A stretch of DNA of 64,000 bases from the NCBI RefSeq assembly GCF_963921235.1, contig NC_086108.1, positions 54,562,001-54,626,000 of the forward strand, in the 5' to 3' direction. The position numbers were made by a program, and so were the translations under genes. How positions within the stretch are numbered: the stretch's first letter is position 1; every line of letters begins with the position of its first letter. The notes under the pieces are model-generated. The model worked only from the letters and a program-made list of their open reading frames with translations, made no database searches and had not been told where the DNA came from. Of the stretch, positions 11,775 through 25,099 are shown piece after piece. This stretch comes from Mobula hypostoma (Eukaryota).

Positions 11775-12691
11775 AACTACTCGGACTTCAACTACTGCAC
11801 AGAGTCTTGTCATCTTCAGAAGTTTTCAGATGACTCTGCCATAGTTGAATGCATCAGCAAGGGAGATGAGGTTGAATACAGGGCTACGGTAGGAAACTTT
11901 GTCACGTGGTGTGAGCAGAATTATCTGCAGCTTAATGTGAAAAAGACTAAGGAGCTGGTGGTAGACCTGAGGAGAGCTAAGGTACCGGTGACCCCTGTTT
12001 CCATCCAGGGGGTCAGGGTGGACATGGTGGAGGATTACAAATACCTGGGGATACGAATTGACTATAAACTGGACTGGTCAAAGAACACTGAGGCTGTCTA
12101 CAAGAAGAGGCAGAGCCGCCTCTATTTCCTGAGGAGACTGAGACCCTTTAACATCTGCTGGACGATGCTGAGGATGTTCTACGAGTCTGTGGTGGCCAGT
12201 GCTATCATGTTTGCTGTTGTGTGCTGGGGCAGCAGGCTGAGGGTAGCAGACACCAACAGAATCAACAAACTCATTTGTAAGGCCAGTGATGTTGTGGGGA
12301 TGGAACTGGACTCTCTCACGGTGGTGTCTGAAAAGAGGATGCTGTCTAAGTTGCATGCCATCTTGGACAATGTCTCCCATCCACTACATAATGTACTGGT
12401 TGGGCACAGGAGTACATTCAGCCAGAGACTCATTCCACCGAGATGCAACACAGAGCGTCATAGGAAGTCATTCCTGCCTGTGGCCATCAAACTTTACAAC
12501 TCCTCCCTTGGAGGGTCAGACATCCTGAGCCAATAGGCTGGTCCTGGATTTATTTCATAATTTACTGGCATAAGATACATATTACTATTTAACCATTTAT
12601 GGTTTTATTACTATTTATTATTTATGGTGCAACTGTAACGAAAACCAATTTCCCCCGGGATCAATAAAGTATGACTATGACTATGACTATG
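11775..12691 (+). mobile_element. Rex1/Babar-type LINE, 5'-truncated
   Basis: LQKFSDDSAIV, LQLNVKKTKELVVD, YKYLG, SRLYFLRRL, HRKSFLPVAIKLYNSS; AATAAA then (ACTATG)n tail at 12663-12691. Confidence 0.9.
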
Positions 12692-13844
12692 TATCTATAC
12701 AGTCAGGTGACAACAAACTTGAACTTGATTTTTATTTTCACAGATTATTCTAGTGGTTCATACATACATTCTTACTTATGGAGTCAGGCAGCAGGTGGTT
12801 ACTCAGAACTACAAACTTTCTAGCTTCTTTCAGTCCAAAGCTAATCTAAAACTTAACCCAACTGTTTTAGTATTGTTCACATTTTTTTTCCAATGTAGTA
12901 CAATGACCAAGCTAATATTCATGGGTACCTAGGTAGTTAGAGTATGAGATCAGATACCACAAGGGACAGAACAGTAGTCCAAAAGTGAGACATGACAATC
13001 TTAAAATGAAGGCAATGTAATCAGGGGTGGAAGATCTGAAGAAATTTCCCATTCACATGGCTTTGTGTTATTAATGCACCATGAAAATCCTGCAGGTTTT
13101 TTGAGGGATGAGTTACAACCCTAAATTCAAGTTATTTTGCAATGCTTTGAGACAATCCAAAACAAATTACTGTAATGTCCCTTGGCATAAAATGGAATCT
13201 TAAAATGGAATGAACTAAACAATATTTTTTCAAGCGGTAGTATTACCTATTGAATGCCAAAAAACTTAAAAGTAGCTTGAAGATCAGCTTAAGGCAGAAA
13301 TACAAACAGTGCAAATGTACATTCATTCAATCTTAAACTTTAGATGAACCCAATATTTTCTTCTCTTAAAGCATATAAAAACACAGCATTATTCAATTTT
13401 AAAACTTCAGGAGAAGGAAGTATGCATATAGTTATGGTTTTCTATGGGATTTATTACAAATGTTGTCAGATTATTTGGCTTTTGGAACCTATAATGATCT
13501 GTCAATTGGCTGAATTAAAAACTGGTCAAGAATCTAAACATCTGTGAAATGGCAAATGAAGAATATATTTCTACCTTGTAATTTGAGGCTAATTAATACA
13601 ATGGCAAAATAAAATATCAGCTTGCAAATTCAGTGCATGGACTATAGGACTTCAATTTTGAAATTTAAAAAATGAACACGATATCATCGCAGTATCTTAT
13701 ATTGAAGATATTGTTGTTTCCCCAATAAATGACAGTTATGCCAGATTTATACTTTGCCTCAATAAAGTTGAAAATGGTAGAAATATTCAACTAGTCAGAT
13801 GGCATCTGTGGAAGGAGCAACAGAGCTGGCGTATATTGAAGATG

Positions 13845-13977
13845 AACACAAGAGATTCTGCCGTTGCTGGAAATCTAGAGTAACACACACAAATTACTGG
13901 AGAATAGCAGCAGCTCTGGCAGCATCTACGGATTTGAATAAAGAGCCCACGTTTTGGGCCAAGATCCATCTTCAGAG
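13845..13977 (-). mobile_element. Penelope-like terminal-repeat fragment with a decayed hammerhead motif
   Basis: Similar to 2346-2446. Minus strand 13945-13977 reads CTGAAGA-TGG-ATCTTGG-CCC-AAAA-CGTG (GAAA changed to AAAA at a CpG). Confidence 0.5.
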
Positions 13978-13980
13978 CAA

Positions 13981-16900
13981 ACATATAGATTAGAACATAG
14001 GGCAGTATGTGCCCCACAATATTGTTCTGATCTTTTAACTTACTCCTGGATCTAACCCTTCCCTCCCACATGGCCTTCTAGTTTTCTTTCATCCATGTGC
14101 CAATCTAAGAATCTCTTAAATGTCCCAAATATATCTGCCTCCACCACCAAACCAGCAGTGCAGCCATACTACACCCTATGTAGAAAAAAAAACAACCTCT
14201 GACATCCTCCCCCAACTTCCTTTCTTCCAGTCATGACCTGGGAAAAAGTTATTGGCTGTCATTCTATGTATGCTTCTTATCACCTATACACCTCTATCAA
14301 ATCGCCTCTTATCCTCCTCCACTCCAAAGCGAAAAGCCCTAGCTTGCTCAAGCTTTCCTCTTCAATATATGTTCTCTAATCCATGCAGCATCCTGGTAAA
14401 TTTCCCGTCCACCTTCTCTGAAGCTTGCACGCCTTTCTATAAAGAGGCCACCAGGACAGAACATAATGCTCCAAGTGTGCTCGAATCAGAGTTTTATAGA
14501 GCTGCACATTATTTTGCAATTCTTGAACTGAATGCCTTCTCTAATGAGAGCCAATACATCATACTCCTTACCCACCCTATCAACTTGCATAGCAACATTG
14601 AAGGATCTATGGATGTAGACCACAAAATCCCTTTTTTCCTCCACACTGCCAAGAATCCTGCCGTTAACCTGTACTCTGCCTTCATTCGACCTTCCAAAGC
14701 GAATCACTTCATACTTTTCTGGATTCAACTGCATCTGCCACTTCTCAGACCAGCTCTACATCCTATTGATGTCCCATTGTAACCTACGACAACCTTCCAC
14801 CCTATCTACAAGGCCTCTAAGCTTGATGTCACCGAAAAAGTTAATAACCCACCCTTCCACTTCCTCATTTAGGTCAGTTATTAAACAAAATCACGAAGGG
14901 CAGGGTCCCAGAACAGATCCCTGAGGAAAACCATTAGTCATGTATAGAATATGCTCCATCTACTACGACCCACTGCTAATGTAGACAAGCCAATTCCAAA
15001 TCCATGCAGCCAAATTTCCTTGCATCTCATACCTCCTGACTTTCAGAATGAGTCTACTGTGGGGAACTCGTTGAGTACCTTACTAAAATCTATATGCACC
15101 ATACCCAGTGATCTACCTTCATCAATTTGTTCTGTTACTTCTTTGATATATTTATTCACAGGACCCCAAATGATCATGAATCCCACCTCTAGAAATCCTC
15201 TCCAATAGTTTTCCCACTCACTGATCTATAATTCCTAGGGTTATCCCCAATACCTTTCATGAGCAAAGAGATAATATTTTCCATCTTCCACTCTGGTATT
15301 ACTCCTGTGGCCAGTGAGGATGCAAAGATGAGTGTCAATGGTGCAGCAATATCTTCTCTCACTTCTCAGGATAACTTGGGGTATATCCCATCTGACCCTG
15401 GAGACTTAACTATCCTAACATTTTTACAAATGTTCCAAAACATCCTCTTTCTTAACTTCAACATGTTCCAGCATATTAGCCTCACATTCATCAAGGTCCC
15501 TCTCAATGGTGAAAACTGAGGCAAAGTATTCATTAAGGACCTTCTATACCTCTTCCAACTCCAGGCACATATTTTACTTCTATCCATGATCAGTCCGCCC
15601 CTCACTTCAGTCATGCTTCTGTTCTTCATGTATATGTGGAACCCTTGAGGTTTTCCTTAAACCTACTTTCCAAGGCTTTCTCATGATCCCTTCTAGCTCT
15701 CTTAATTCCCTTCTTAAGCGCCTTCCTGGCTACCTTAAAACTCTCAAGAGCTCTATCTGATCTTTGTATGCTTCTTTCTTCTTCTTGACTAAATGTTCCA
15801 CTTCTCTTGTCAATTATGGTTCCTTCACCCTTCCATCCAGTAAATTCCATGCAGATGCTCCCTGAACAACCTCTACATTTTCTGTTGTACATTTCCCTAT
15901 GAACATCTGTTCCCAATGGATGCTTCCAAGATCCTGTTTATTCCATCATAATTAGCTCACCCCCCAATTAAATACTTTCCAACACTCTGCTAAAGTTCAG
16001 GGAGTTGTGGTCACTATCTCCAGAATGCTCACCTACTGAGAGATCTTTCACCTGACCAGGTTCATTGCCTTGGACTAGATCCAGTTTGGCCTCTAGTCCC
16101 CTCTAGTCAGCCTGTCCACATTTTGTGTCAGGAGTCCTTTCTGGACGCACCTAAAAAATTCTGTCCCATCTAAGCCTCTTGCTCTAAGGAGGTGCCAAAC
16201 AATATTAGGAAAGTTGAAGTCACCCATGACAACAACCTGTTATTTTTGCACTTTTCCAAAATCTCCCTCTCAATCTGTTCCTTTGTATTCCAGCTGCTAT
16301 TGGGCAGCCTATAGAATACTCCCAACAATGTGACTGCTCCATTCTTGCTCCTGACCTCTAACCACATGACTCAGAAAATCCCTCCATGACGTGCTCCCTT
16401 TCTGCAGCTTTGATACTATCACTGATTAGTAATGCCACTCTCTTGACTCCCTCTGTGTTGAGTTCATTGAGTTGTGGCTGAGATTTAGATTTTTTTTTAG
16501 TTTCATAGAAATGGCTTTGGGGACAGAGAGATGAGTTAGGGATCAGGTTAGGGTTTAGGAACGTGGATGAGGGGGAATTAGAGGTTAGGTCGCAGTCTTG
16601 TGTCTGCTCCGATTTCGAAGGCCAGCAGTGCAGACATGGGTTATCTGTGGGCTGGATCGGGATGTTCAGCTGGATGTCCAGTTGGTAAACCAGCATGAGT
16701 AATGGCTGTCACTATCCACCCCCCCAGGGTCAGCAAGTTGTCGGCGGTTCTGGAGTTTGAGTTCCGTGTGTGCAGGAGGAACAAGGCCTGATGGTTCCCT
16801 GAGTCTGCAAATTGGTGAGACTGTATTTTGAGGCCTAGTGTTCAGGTTCCTATCTTCATCTAGTCTGGGGCTCAAGGTCTCGTATTCAGAGACTGGCGGG

Positions 16901-17485
16901 CTGAGGATCGAGGCCTGAGGGTTGAACTGGAAGTCCAGAAGTCAAGACCTGTTGACCAGAGCCCTGAATCTGCATATGTAACACTATGAGTCCACTAGGG
17001 AGATCAAAGTCCAATGTCTAGGTCTACTAGAGGCTGAAGACAGCCTGCTCTGGGGTTAGGGGACTGCGTTTGCATGGGTGGGTGTGTGACAGGAGGGAGG
17101 AACGGGGCTTGTTTGGCAGTTGTTCTTTTCTTGCTTGCTGCATTCTGTTTTGTGGTTCGTGTTGTTCTGACAAGCATTGTGGCATGCTATGTTGGTGCTG
17201 AAATGTAGTGTGACTCTTGTGGGCTGCCTTCAGCCCACCCTCGGGTGTGGTGGTTGTTAATTCAAATGATGTACACATGGTAAATAAACTTGAATCTTGA
17301 AATTTTCTGTCCCTTCTGAAATATTGAAATCCTGGAACATCCAACAGTCATTCCTGCCTTATGACAGCAAAGTCTTCTGTACTGACTACAATATCATAGT
17401 TTCATATACCAATCCATGCTCCAAGTTCATTGCCCTTGTTCCTGATACTTCTTGTATTAAAGTAAACACACCTCAGCCCGACCAA
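13981..17485 (-). mobile_element. Old CR1 LINE (endonuclease to 3' tail), heavily mutated, interrupted at about 16447-17299
   Basis: Fragments WLEVRSKNGAVTLLGVFYRLPN, KSPGSDGIYP, MQLNPEKYEVIRFG and DVPGFQYFRRDR in CR1 order; TTCTA-type tail at 13981-14000. Confidence 0.85.
16447..17299 (+). mobile_element. Non-coding retroposon (SINE or non-autonomous LINE derivative) inserted in CR1
   Basis: Interrupts colinear CR1 sequence and ends AATAAA-CTTGAATCTTGA, a tail like that at 12716-12729 and the minus-strand Rex-like ends. Confidence 0.5.
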
Positions 17486-17487
17486 TT

Positions 17488-17816
17488 AGAGTCATGGAGT
17501 CACAGAACACTACATCACAGAAACAGGCCATTTGGCCCAGCTAGTCTATGCCGAATATTAATCTGCCAATCCCCATCGACCAGCTCCCGGACCATAGTCC
17601 ATCATATTCCTCCCATCCATGTACCTATCCAAATTGCTCTTAAATGTTGAAATCAAACCCACATACACCACGGCCACAAATAGCTCATTCCACACTCTCA
17701 CCACCCTCTGAGTGAAGACATTCCCCCTCATGTTCCTCTTAAACATTTCACTTTTCACCCTTAAACAATAACCTCTAATTATAGTCTCACCCAACCTCAG
17801 TGGAAAAAAACCTGCT
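17488..17816 (-). mobile_element. CR1 3' end (left half of the CR1 hosting the gypsy element)
   Basis: RGNVFTQRVVRVWNEL...FKSNLDRYMD; (ACTCCATG)-type tail; resumes at 30436. Confidence 0.85.
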
Positions 17817-17904
17817 TGTCAGGCCTGCTCCTTCTGATACCCTTCAGCCTATACATGCAAGCACTTCCTAGTCTCCAACCAGCTAATGGGATTCACCTAC
17901 TGCT

Positions 17905-20352
17905 GCGGCCAAGGTGGAAGTGTTCACGTCGCGGCCCTGTTATAACCCAGATCTTGCCATTGTCAGCAACGACATCGCTGGCCTCTGCAAGAAACTTGTC
18001 ACAGACCCAATACCACAGACACAGCACCGTCCTATTGGTATTCAGATAAATGCAGCAGTGTTACCAACCGTCGTACCATTCAAAAGGCGCTTCAACCTCA
18101 AGAAGGCCGATTGGAATGGGTTCACAAGAACACTTGACCGTAAGGTTAAACGTATTAAACCACTACCTGAGCACTACAACCTGTTTGCAAAAGCTGTCCA
18201 GAAAACAGCCAAAAGGACGATCCCCCGAGGTTGCAGAGCACACTACGTCTCTGGTCTCACCAAAGAAAATGCTGAACTCTACAGGGAGTATGCCTCAATG
18301 TTTGAATCTGACCCTTCTCAGAGGAAACAGTATCTACCGGTGAGAGGGTGATGTTAAGTATCTCTGAAGAGCGTCAAAACACCTGGAACCCTTTGATAGA
18401 GACAACAGATCTTACAAAAAAAAACAAGAAGGCATGGTCTCGCATACGCAAACTTGGAGGCGATCCCAAGAAAGCTGCCCCACATCCCAATGCGTCTGCT
18501 AACCAAGTTGCACACCAGTTGCTCCTAAATGGAAAAACCAACAAGAAACAACCAAGAGCACAGCTAGATAGGAAGAAGTACAGTGATGACCCTGGCTTCA
18601 CTGGATCATTCACCACGGAAGAGCTGGAAATTGGTATATCTAGTCTAAAACATGAGAAAGCAATTGGTCTTGACAACATAGCATTGGAGCAGATAACACA
18701 TTTTGGACAGCAAGCAAGGAAATGGCTCCTACAATTGCTCAACAACTGTCTGGCAACACACAAGCTACCTAATATTTGGCAGAAGTCACATGTAATAGCA
18801 CCCGGAAAAGATCCCTCAGATCCTAAGAGTTTTCGGCCAATCTCACTGCTTTGCCAAACTAATAAGCTGTTTCAACGCCTGATACTCAATAGGATAGCAC
18901 CAACTATAGATGAGAAGATCATTCCAGAGCAAGTAGGTTTCCGCCCTGGCAAATAAACAGCAAGCCAACTGCTCAACCTCACACAATATATCGAAGATGG
19001 TTTCGAGCAAGGGATGGTGCTATTTTTGTAGACTTGTCAGCAGCTTACACTACAGTGAACTATAGACGTCTCCTCTGCAAGATCCTAGAGATGACAAAAG
19101 ATATTCACTTAACAGAGCTGTTTGAAAGCATGCTTCAGAATCGCCGGGTCTATGTTGAACGAGGTGGGAAGCGCAGTAAGTGACGTATCCAGAAGAATGG
19201 TCTTCCTCAGGGAAGTGTGCTTGCACTGCTCTGTACAACATCTATACGAATGACCAACCTATAGATGATGTCACACGCCGTTTTATATATGCTGATGACC
19301 TATGCACCACTGCCTAAAGCACTGATTTTAACACCATGGAGAAAACACTTTCTGAGGCCTTGGAGGGGATTAACATCCTACTATGAAGAAAACCACCTCT
19401 GCGCAAACTCATCAAAGACACAAGTTTGTGCATTCCACCTCAGGAACCATGAAGCCAAGCGCCAACTTAAAGTGACCTGGTGTGGAGCAACACTGACGCA
19501 TTGTGAGCACCCTATCTACTTAGGAGTCACCCTTGACAGATGCCTCACTTTCAAGAACCACATCAATAAGACAAAGGCAAAAGTGAGTGCATGAAACAAC
19601 ATTCTGAATAAGATCACTAACACAAAATGGGGAGCAAGCTCAAAAACATTGCGATCTAGTGCACTTGCTCTTTGCTATTCTACTGTTGAATACACCTGCC
19701 CTGCAAGGGAAAGATCTACTCATGTTAAGAAGATGGATGCCACTCTGAATGCGAGCTTTCAATTTATCACAGGTTGTTTAAAACCAACAAACACCAACAG
19801 CCTATATATCCTGGCGGGTATCACTCCCCCGCTATAAGAAGAAGGGTAGCCAGCAAGAAAGAACGACTCCATCAAACATCAGATGAGAGGCACCCTCTAC
19901 ACGGTCATACACCTACACCCAGCCACCTAAAGTCAAGGAAAAGCTTCATGAACAGTGTTGTTCCATTACAATCAATCCCACCTGAAGCGCGCATCGCCTT
20001 GTGGAAAGACCGGCTCGCCAGTCTCAAACAACCCCCAACGATGGAAATTCCACCGGATGAAAGCCTTCCCCCAGGAGCTAATTGCAACTGGGCAACCTGG
20101 AAGTGCCTTCACAGACTTAGGTCTGGTGTAGGTCATTCAAAGGTGTCACTAAGCAAATGGGGATATACAACCAGCCCGACAACTTGTGAATGTGGAACTG
20201 TGCCACAAACTATGCAAATTCTCCTGCAATGCCCATTGCTAGAGGAACCCTGTACTATTGCAGGTCTTGCTGAATTCAACAACAAGGCGCAAAAATGTGT
20301 CCAGTTCTGGCTGGGCCATGTATAGATTGTCCATGGACACGATAAGAAGAGG
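17905..20352 (+). mobile_element. Vingi/Ingi-like LINE, 5'-truncated, inserted in the gypsy 5' LTR
   Basis: Perfect 10-bp TSD ACCTACTGCT (17895-17904, 20353-20362); RRFNLKKADW, SANQVAHQLLLNGK, FRPISLL, GLPQGSVL, FIYADDL, YLGVTLDR, C-terminal CECG..QTMQILLQC; very short 3' UTR with an AAGAAGAG tail; no RNase H seen. Confidence 0.8.
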
Positions 20353-20512
20353 ACCTACTGCTAATTCCAGACCAATCACCTGCAGCCTATTTAACCCCAG
20401 TTCTCACACACAGTCCTTGTTTGCTCATTGAACCAGCCAGACTCAACCAGTTGCTCCTAGCTTTCACTTTCCCTGCCTAAAGTTTACTTTTTTACCTGTT
20501 GTGTTTAGTTTC

Positions 20513-21620
20513 TGTCATGGTCCGGTCTGTGAAGTCGGCATTCTGGTTCACAATCCGGTCCATGGACTCCGGACTCCAGGTCTTCCAGCTGTCCCTTGTT
20601 TCAGTTGGGCTTAATCATAGGCACCTGATGCTCGTCCTGGGGCTGGGAATATGTGGCCCTGGGATTGATTGTAGGTGCTGGATTGTCTTGTCAGTATCCT
20701 ATCTTTGCCTCTGCGGGGTAAATCAGGCTGTCTTTGTTGTTACCCTGCGGTTGAATCTGTCCCTTCCTGTCCTTGCCTCTGTTGGGTAAGCCAGGCCGTC
20801 TTTGCCGTTACCCTGAGGCTGGGCTGTTCCCTTCTCTTCCCCTTCCTTCTGAAGCCTTGCCTGTTTCACTGTCAAGTTCTACTGCTATAGCAAGACCGGA
20901 GCCTTGCTGTGTCAAGATAAGAAACTGTCTATCGTTGTTTGGTACTGTCTCTTTGTGTCCTCACCATTGCTAGATAGGTCCGGCTGTTTGCTGCTACCTT
21001 GTGTTGGGAACCGTCTCTGTGTCCACACCTTTGCTAGGTAGGTCTGGCCATTTGCTGCTATCTTGTGTTGGGAACTCTCTTGTTGAGTTCAGCATCCTGT
21101 ATATGAGTCCCGGCTCCACGTCCTGTTCACAAAGAGGGGTCCTGGCTCTGTGTTCTTGTCTCTCAAGTCCAAGGCTCTGAGTGTCCAGTCCTCGTCCAAA
21201 GCTGTGAGGCTCCTGTCTCCCAAGACCACATCATGTCTTTGCCTAGTTCTGGGGTCCGAGCCTGAGTCAAGACCCAGGTTCTGGGTCCTTGCCCAGTCTC
21301 TGGCTTAGAGTCCACACCCAAGCCTCGAAGAACCCAAGCCTCATCATATCCTCGCCTAGTTTTGGGGTCCGAGCCCAAGTCAAGACCCAGGTTCTGGGTC
21401 CTTGTCCAGTCTTTGGCTCGGAGTCCAAGCCCAAGCTCCTAGTTCCCAGTTCCTTGTCCTGGTCCCGCTTTCCTAACCAAGTCCTAGCCCAGGTCTGTGT
21501 TCCTGTCCCAGCTCCCAGTCTGGGTCCTGTCCCGTCCCTAAGCCTAGTCCAGTCCAGTTCCTAGTACTTCAGTGTCTGTATCTTGCATTTGGGTCCACTA
21601 CTAACACCCCCCATTTGACA
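20513..21620 (+). mobile_element. Solo LTR (1108 bp) with internal tandem repeats, inserted in the gypsy 5' LTR
   Basis: TGTCA...TGACA termini; perfect 5-bp TSD GTTTC (20508-20512, 21621-21625); similar to the LTR starting at 56042. Confidence 0.9.
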
Positions 21621-22575
21621 GTTTCTTTTCTCTCCTGTTTTATGGCTTGTTTGTTTGCGGTCTATGATTAAAATTATTGTTCACTGCTGAATCATCTCTG
21701 CTGCCCTGCTTTTGGGTCAAACTTCCTCTGCATTTCTTGACAGGATGAACCCTCGATTTACCCACCTAAAGGAAATTGTTTGTTGCCACGAGTACACGAT
21801 ACAGAAGAAGCAGGAACCCATTGACCTTCTGCTCGCCACACTCGTCCACCTCTCCATCTCAGTACAGTAACTCTGTAGCATTCCCACTGAGCCCTTTTTT
21901 TCCTGTGCCCAGACACTTTGGTGGATCTCCAACCTGATATCACAACTTCCTGTCCCAGTGTGCATTACACTTCCAACTCCTGCCGTCTCTCTGTTCTGTG
22001 GACCGGGCCAAGATAGCCTTCCTCACCTCTCTCTTCTCTGGCCGAGCTCTAATCTAGGCCATGGCTAACTGGGACAATAAAATCCCTATTTGCAACAAAT
22101 ATGGGGACTTCACTGCTGAGACGCTCCAGGTTTTTGACCATCCTGGAAGAGAAAGGGTAGCAGCAGATCTAATATTTTGCCTGTATCAAGGCTCATGCAC
22201 TGTACTGGATGACACCATGGAATACAGGGCCTTGCGGAGTGTAGTTGAAATAGAATAGGAACAAGTTCTTTGGCCCACAATGTTGTGCCAAATCAACTAA
22301 AAAGTAAATTAAAAAAAACCCTCCTACTTACATAATCCCCATATCCCTCCATCTTTCATATTTATGTGCCTATCTAAACATCTCTTAAAAGTCTCTAGTG
22401 TATTTGTCTCTATCACCATACCAGGCAGTGCATTCCAGGCACCCAGAACTCTGAGTAAAAAATTTACCCCTCACATCTCCCTTGAACCTATGCCCTCTCA
22501 CCTTCAATGCATGCCCTCTGGTATTAGATATTTCCCCCTTGGGAAACAAATACTCTTCTGTTCACTCTCTATCAT

Positions 22576-22816
22576 TGAGGCACTATCAATTACTCCAAAA
22601 GACTAGAAGTAGAGTAAATACTGAAAGGCTTTTATAACAGTAAATGGACCCACGTCCATGCTGAGTATCTGACCTGGACTGAGAGGAGGAGCAGAGGCAC
22701 AATCGCCTTTATTCAGAGATCTGTGGGAGGAGCCACAGGAGCAGTCAGCAGAGGGGCGTGTCCAGGCATGTCCAGACAGGTAACCCAGTTACAACCTATA
22801 TACATGGTTTACCACA
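22576..22816 (-). mobile_element. Small solo LTR (241 bp)
   Basis: TG...CA termini, TCAT duplicated at 22572-22575 and 22817-22820, interrupts CR1. Confidence 0.55.
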
Positions 22817-23158
22817 TCATATACAGAGTGGACAGAGAATATCTGTTCAATAATAATCTCATAATCTTTTGAACCTCTTTCAGATCTCTCCTCAGCTTCT
22901 GCCAGTCCAAACTAAAGAACCCAAATTTGTCCAGCCTCTCATGACAGCACATGCCCTCTAAATCAGGAAGCATCCTGGTAAAACTCTTTTGCATCCTCTC
23001 CAAAGCCTCAACATTCTTCCTATAATGGGGTGACCAGAAATGTATGCAATATTCCAGACATGGACTAATTAGTGTTCTGTAAGGTTGCAATATAACCTCT
23101 TGACATTTGAACTTAATGCCTCAACTAATAAAAGCAAACATTCCATAAGCCTTCTTAA

Positions 23159-25099
23159 CAGGGCCGGATTAAGCTAGTGCGGGGCCTGTAGCATATGTTA
23201 TAAAGGGGTCCTAAATTTTAAAAATGCACATAAGTATTAAAACATAAATAATTCAATTTTTTCATTTGCTATACAGCCAGATAATACAACAGATGTCTGA
23301 CACTTCAGTAATAATATTACTTATATGTAGGTATCAGTTTCCAATGTCAAAAGTAACAAAACTACAATTTAAAAGATATATTTTCTAAACTTAGCATGAG
23401 CAAATTTGTTGATGATACTGGAAATGTCTATTTCACGCAGAAGTTCATATTCAGTGCTCATTAGAGTGAGATTATTCAATCTGTTTTGACCCATGGTGCT
23501 CCTTAGTTCATTTTTAAACCTTTTCAGTTTTGAAAATGAGCGTTCTCCACTGCAGCTGGTAACCATGAGTGACAAATAGATGCGCAAGGCATTTTCTACA
23601 TTTGGAAAACACGACTCCAAAGAATTGTCAGTTATCAAAGGTACAACTGTAACTCTACAAGGTCTTGTTTGGCGCCAATATGAGAAGCAAGATTAGTTTT
23701 CAACAGTTCAGTAAACTACACAAGGTCTTCATCAAGTCTTTCTTCCAGATCTTCCGGATATGATTTAATAAGATTTGATAACCTCTTTATGATCTCTTCA
23801 GGTGTAAACGACTGTAACTGATGAAGGAATCCAAAAACACCATTCACCTTTAGATAAGTGTTCTGCCTTTTTGACAGGGCAGAAAGCAAACTGTCAATAA
23901 TGGCAAAACATGTTCGGCTTTTAAACTTCTGGGAAGGTGTTTGAGATTCAACAAGTGGATCAAGAGTGCTGGAACCACTGAAATCATCATAAGTGCAATT
24001 TTGATTGCGTTTTCTTCGAGTTTGCTGTTGATAATCTTTACACTTAGTCAGATCTTTGGCTTTTTGCTCAATGTCTGAAAAAGTAAACCGTGCAACTTGA
24101 ATATATCCATGCAAGAATTCATAGAGTGCACAAGCTTTGTTCAAGTCTTGGCCAGAAGATTGCAAAGAAGCACTGGTCATTTGAAAACGCTGTAATACTT
24201 GATCCCACAATATGACCATTATTCCTGTTTCCAATTTTATCATGGTTGAAAGTAGTCCATGAGCCTGTTGTCGACACTCTGCCTTCTGATCATTGTTATT
24301 TGAAATGTCATCCCAGACTTGTTTTATTTCAGAAAAACTGTAAAAGTGCTTTTGTTTCATCTGCACGAGCTGACCACCTGGTATCTGACATTCTTTTCAC
24401 AATGGGCAAATGACCACCACCATCAGAAAATGCAGCAGAAAGGAGATCCCACCGATAAGTAGAAGCAGAAAAAAATGTGTACAGGTTTTCTACAAATTGA
24501 AAGAAAATTAATGCTTCTTGACAACATTCAGCAGCACATTTTCCAACCAAATTTAGTGAATGTGCAAAACATGGAATGTAATCTGCAAACACATTCAGCT
24601 CTTTAATTCGTGCTTGTAAGCCACTATACTTGCCACTCATGTTGCTGGCATTGTCATAACTTTGATCACATCAGTCTTTTTTATCAATGTCGTTTTCCTT
24701 TAAAAAGTCAAGTAAACTTTGAGCGAGCTGTTCAGCGCTATGACCTTCCATATCCAAAAATATCAGAAATCTTTCATCTGCTCCAGATGGCAAAATGTAG
24801 CGCAAAGTCAAAGTCAGCGGTGCGCCCTCCAGCGGCGTAACAGCGCACATTGCAGCGGGTTGGGAGTGTGGGAGATAACGCAAAGGTCACCACGACACAG
24901 CAAGGAGCCAACACACACCTACACACACATACGATGCAGCTCCCCCGACATGAAAACAACAGCGTTGCCAGATCGTCGTGAGAATACGGTGAGATGCCGA
25001 TTTCACCAGACTGCAGCTTGCAAGCATTTAGTGCAGGGCCCTTGAAAATGCAGGGCCTGTAGCATATGCTACTTTTGCTACTAGGTTAATCTGGCCCTG
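23159..25099 (-). mobile_element. hAT DNA transposon (Tip100/ZMYM1-like), internally deleted, transposase pseudogenised
   Basis: TIRs CAGGGCCGGATTAAGCTAGT and CAGGGCCAGATTAACCTAGT (18/20); perfect 8-bp TSD CTTCTTAA; motifs MSGKYSGLQARI, PCFAHSLNLV, TRWSAR and hAT dimerisation domain SCSGERSFSKLKRFKNELRSTMGQNRL. Confidence 0.95.

Noticed and set aside
21743..21760. Tf1/Sushi-type self-priming PBS after the gypsy 5' LTR
   Set aside because: No convincing complementarity to the LTR R region remains; too decayed to call.
23369..24883. ZMYM1-like host gene
   Set aside because: It lies between TIRs with an 8-bp TSD and is frameshifted, so it is a transposase pseudogene rather than a domesticated gene.
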